Source: a bacterium (GTDB taxonomy: Bacteria > Zhuqueibacterota > Zhuqueibacteria > Oceanimicrobiales > Oceanimicrobiaceae). Taken from it: a stretch of DNA of 25,064 nt. The position numbers and the translations under genes were made by a program. How positions within the stretch are numbered: the stretch's first letter is position 1; each line of letters begins with the position of its first letter. Below the pieces are notes generated by a model. It ran no database searches, was not told where the DNA came from, and saw only the letters and a program-made list of their open reading frames with translations. Positions 23,087 to 25,064 of this stretch are shown piece by piece. Location of the stretch: positions 1 to 25,064 of the forward strand of contig JBBIIG010000059.1 of assembly GCA_037446635.1 (NCBI GenBank), read 5' to 3'.

Positions 23087-24451
23087 TTAGGTTGTTTCCT
23101 GGTTCATTTGTCGAAATAAGCGTGCGGCCATCCAGCCGAGGATCAGCACGCCGGCAATCAAAATTCCCCAAAGAATCCAATGCTTGGGGTCCCTGCCCAG
23201 CGCCGGCGGGCGCAGCCGCGCTTCGCCGCCCAATGAAATGGGCGCGCCAACTCTGGCGGCCTTGATGGCAAGATTCTCTTGTTGACCAAGCCCGCTGAGA
23301 AATTCTTTTGGCTTTTCAGTGGATTCGAGGCGGGCGTTGCCATAAGCGAGGGTAAAGGGTTCGGCGCCGCGCGCCGCAAACAGCAGTTGCTGCGGAACCC
23401 AGCCGATTTCCAATTGCGGCAGCCCCTGACCCAAACCGCCGCCTGATTGCTCCACTTGCATTCGCCACTGGCGCTCAGCAGCGGGGTAAATCGCCACCTC
23501 GGGATTGGCAATTTCTTCATTCGCAATTTGCAGGTGATAGATGAGCGCGCTGGTGCGGTAGCGCCATTCTTCGCCGTCGTTGTTGCGGGACCAAAACGTC
23601 GCCTGGGCGATGGTGTTTTTCTGCGGCAGCGCCACCCGCAGCCGATCTACCGGGAAGTAACCCGGACTGCTGAAATAATATTCGCCCGGCGCCTTCTTCT
23701 TCACCGCCGCCGGAAGGGCTTGCCACTCGCGCGGAGGCGAAACCGTTTCTGCCGCCAACTCTGCGGCGATGGTATCGAAAGCCGGCGCGGCTTCATCGCT
23801 GGCCCAGGCGATGCGAAAATATTTTGCTTTCGTCGCGGCGAAGGAAATGCGATTTTGCCGAAGAGAAAAATCGCCGTAGGTCAGATCGGCAATGACTGCT
23901 GAAATCGCTAACGGCCGCCAGTTTTCAAGATCGTCGCTGCACCCCACGACGACTTTCAGAATCCGATTTTGCGGCTCGCGACCAAAATCCACCACCAGCG
24001 CATCGATGGGGCGCTGGAGGCGGCTGGCATCCAACAAATAGGCCAGCAGCCGATTCTCGGACTGGACGTCGCGGGTTTGCACATCGAGGATCGTGCCGGC
24101 GGCGTCGCGTTTCACTCTCAGCGACACCCCGTCCAATCGCTGATCGGCCTTCCCATATAATGGAAAAAACGGAAGCGGCGCCTGCGTTTTTGCCGAATCG
24201 GTTTTTGCCGGCAGGGCACGCACGAGGTGCGGCGCCACTTCGCCGGCGCCGTTGAAAACCCGCAAGTCGCTGAGGTCGGGCCGAGTGACGCCTTCATAAA
24301 CCGCGGCAGGCAGTAAGAGTTTGTAAATCGAGCCGCCAGCCTCTAACGCCAGGGGCAGGCCGAAGGCGAAGTCGTTGGGTTGGAGCGGCGACTGCGCCGC
24401 GGCGGTTTCAAATAAAAAGACCAACATCAAAAAAGCGCGCAGCCACTTCAT
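23087..24451 (-). CDS. DUF3999 family protein (signal peptide, C-terminal TM anchor)
   Basis: LP..VY....PDL.DLRVFNGAGE, SDDL..W, L.F.ARG..PF.LAYG and C-terminal WILWG.LI.GVL.LGWMA.RL. It follows DUF2339 with an ATGA overlap. Confidence 0.85.
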   Translation of the reverse strand: MKWLRAFLMLVFLFETAAAQSPLQPNDFAFGLPLALEAGGSIYKLLLPAAVYEGVTRPDLSDLRVFNGAGEVAPHLVRALPAKTDSAKTQAPLPFFPLYGKADQRLDGVSLRVKRDAAGTILDVQTRDVQSENRLLAYLLDASRLQRPIDALVVDFGREPQNRILKVVVGCSDDLENWRPLAISAVIADLTYGDFSLRQNRISFAATKAKYFRIAWASDEAAPAFDTIAAELAAETVSPPREWQALPAAVKKKAPGEYYFSSPGYFPVDRLRVALPQKNTIAQATFWSRNNDGEEWRYRTSALIYHLQIANEEIANPEVAIYPAAERQWRMQVEQSGGGLGQGLPQLEIGWVPQQLLFAARGAEPFTLAYGNARLESTEKPKEFLSGLGQQENLAIKAARVGAPISLGGEARLRPPALGRDPKHWILWGILIAGVLILGWMAARLFRQMNQETT

Positions 24452-25064
24452 TTTTTTTCTTCCTCAAATTTAATTTTCGGCGGCGCCGGCGAAAGGTAGC
24501 CGACCACCAGCATAACTACCCCCACCGCGATGAACGACACGATGCGCGCCACCGTGCCGGTGTTGGATAAATCCACAAAGAAAAGCTTGACCACCACGGC
24601 GGCCATCAGAGCCGCGCCGGCCATCCAAACCGAGCGCAGGGTTTGGCGCGCGCCGATCACCATCGCACACAATCCGGTTAAACTCCAGAAAATGGAGAGC
24701 GCGGTTTGCAGGACCACCGAATCCAGCAGCGCCGCGATTCTAAATGGGATCTCCAGCCAATGGTGGACGGTGCGAAACAAGATGGCGTTAAGCCAGAAAA
24801 AGATCGCGGCGAAATAAGCGCCGTAAACCATTTGCCGGTTTTCGCTCCAAAATGAATCCACATCCGCGAGCCGCATCCGCAGCCAACTCAGTAAAATGAT
24901 AAAAATAAAACCCAGAGTGATGTCCAGCGGATTGAAAATCGGGAGATAGCTCAGCGGCCACGGGTCGCCCGAAAGCGCTGCATTAACCAACCAGTTCCAA
25001 AGCCACAAGTAAACGGCTATGGGCGCGAGGGCGGTTTTGCAATAGAGGTCGCCATGTTTTTTGA
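24448..25064 (-). CDS. DUF2339 family membrane protein, C-terminal part, truncated by the right edge
   Basis: GDPWPL.YLP.FNPLD, Q..LSI.W, R..W..GA.L..VV.KLF.VDLS..GT.ARIVSFI.VG and GY.SP.PP. The frame stays open upstream of 25008 to the window end. Confidence 0.9.
   Translation of the reverse strand, partial: KKHGDLYCKTALAPIAVYLWLWNWLVNAALSGDPWPLSYLPIFNPLDITLGFIFIILLSWLRMRLADVDSFWSENRQMVYGAYFAAIFFWLNAILFRTVHHWLEIPFRIAALLDSVVLQTALSIFWSLTGLCAMVIGARQTLRSVWMAGAALMAAVVVKLFFVDLSNTGTVARIVSFIAVGVVMLVVGYLSPAPPKIKFEEEKK

Noticed and set aside
22956..23180. N-terminal extension of ORF 22476-23180
   Set aside because: It runs through the CGCAAAG repeat and overlaps DUF3999. The RBS and lipoprotein signal place the start at 22955.

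Overview
A 25-kb, gene-dense bacterial chromosomal segment. It appears diderm (lipoproteins, TonB-dependent receptor). Gene content would fit an FCB-group lineage such as KSB1/Calditrichota, but that is only an inference. From left to right: (1) a minus-strand cluster of a small SelW/SelT/SelH (Rdx) selenoprotein with CxxU, in-frame UGA and a SECIS-like hairpin, an FAD/NAD(P)-dependent oxidoreductase, and a radical SAM enzyme running off the left edge. The ORF track misses the selenoprotein and the radical SAM gene. (2) yajQ. (3) A two-domain lipoprotein with a TonB-dependent receptor. (4) YjgN/DUF898 with an M48 peptidase. (5) A strongly diverged PurD-like ATP-grasp ligase followed by an alanine racemase with non-canonical motifs. 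(6) An AT-richer restriction-modification cassette: a NotI-family endonuclease with three apparent 1-bp indels and an intact Dam/D12-type methylase. (7) A ROK kinase, an internally duplicated Cys-rich protein, a membrane PEGA-domain pseudokinase, an alpha-glucan phosphorylase, a diheme cytochrome c, an amidohydrolase, Mut7-C coupled to an AAMDC-like protein, a lipoprotein, DUF3999 and a partial DUF2339. The intergenic spaces hold at least four kinds of palindromic or REP-like repeat. No rRNA, tRNA, CRISPR array or transposase was recognised. Family names come from motif recognition by eye, not database searches.
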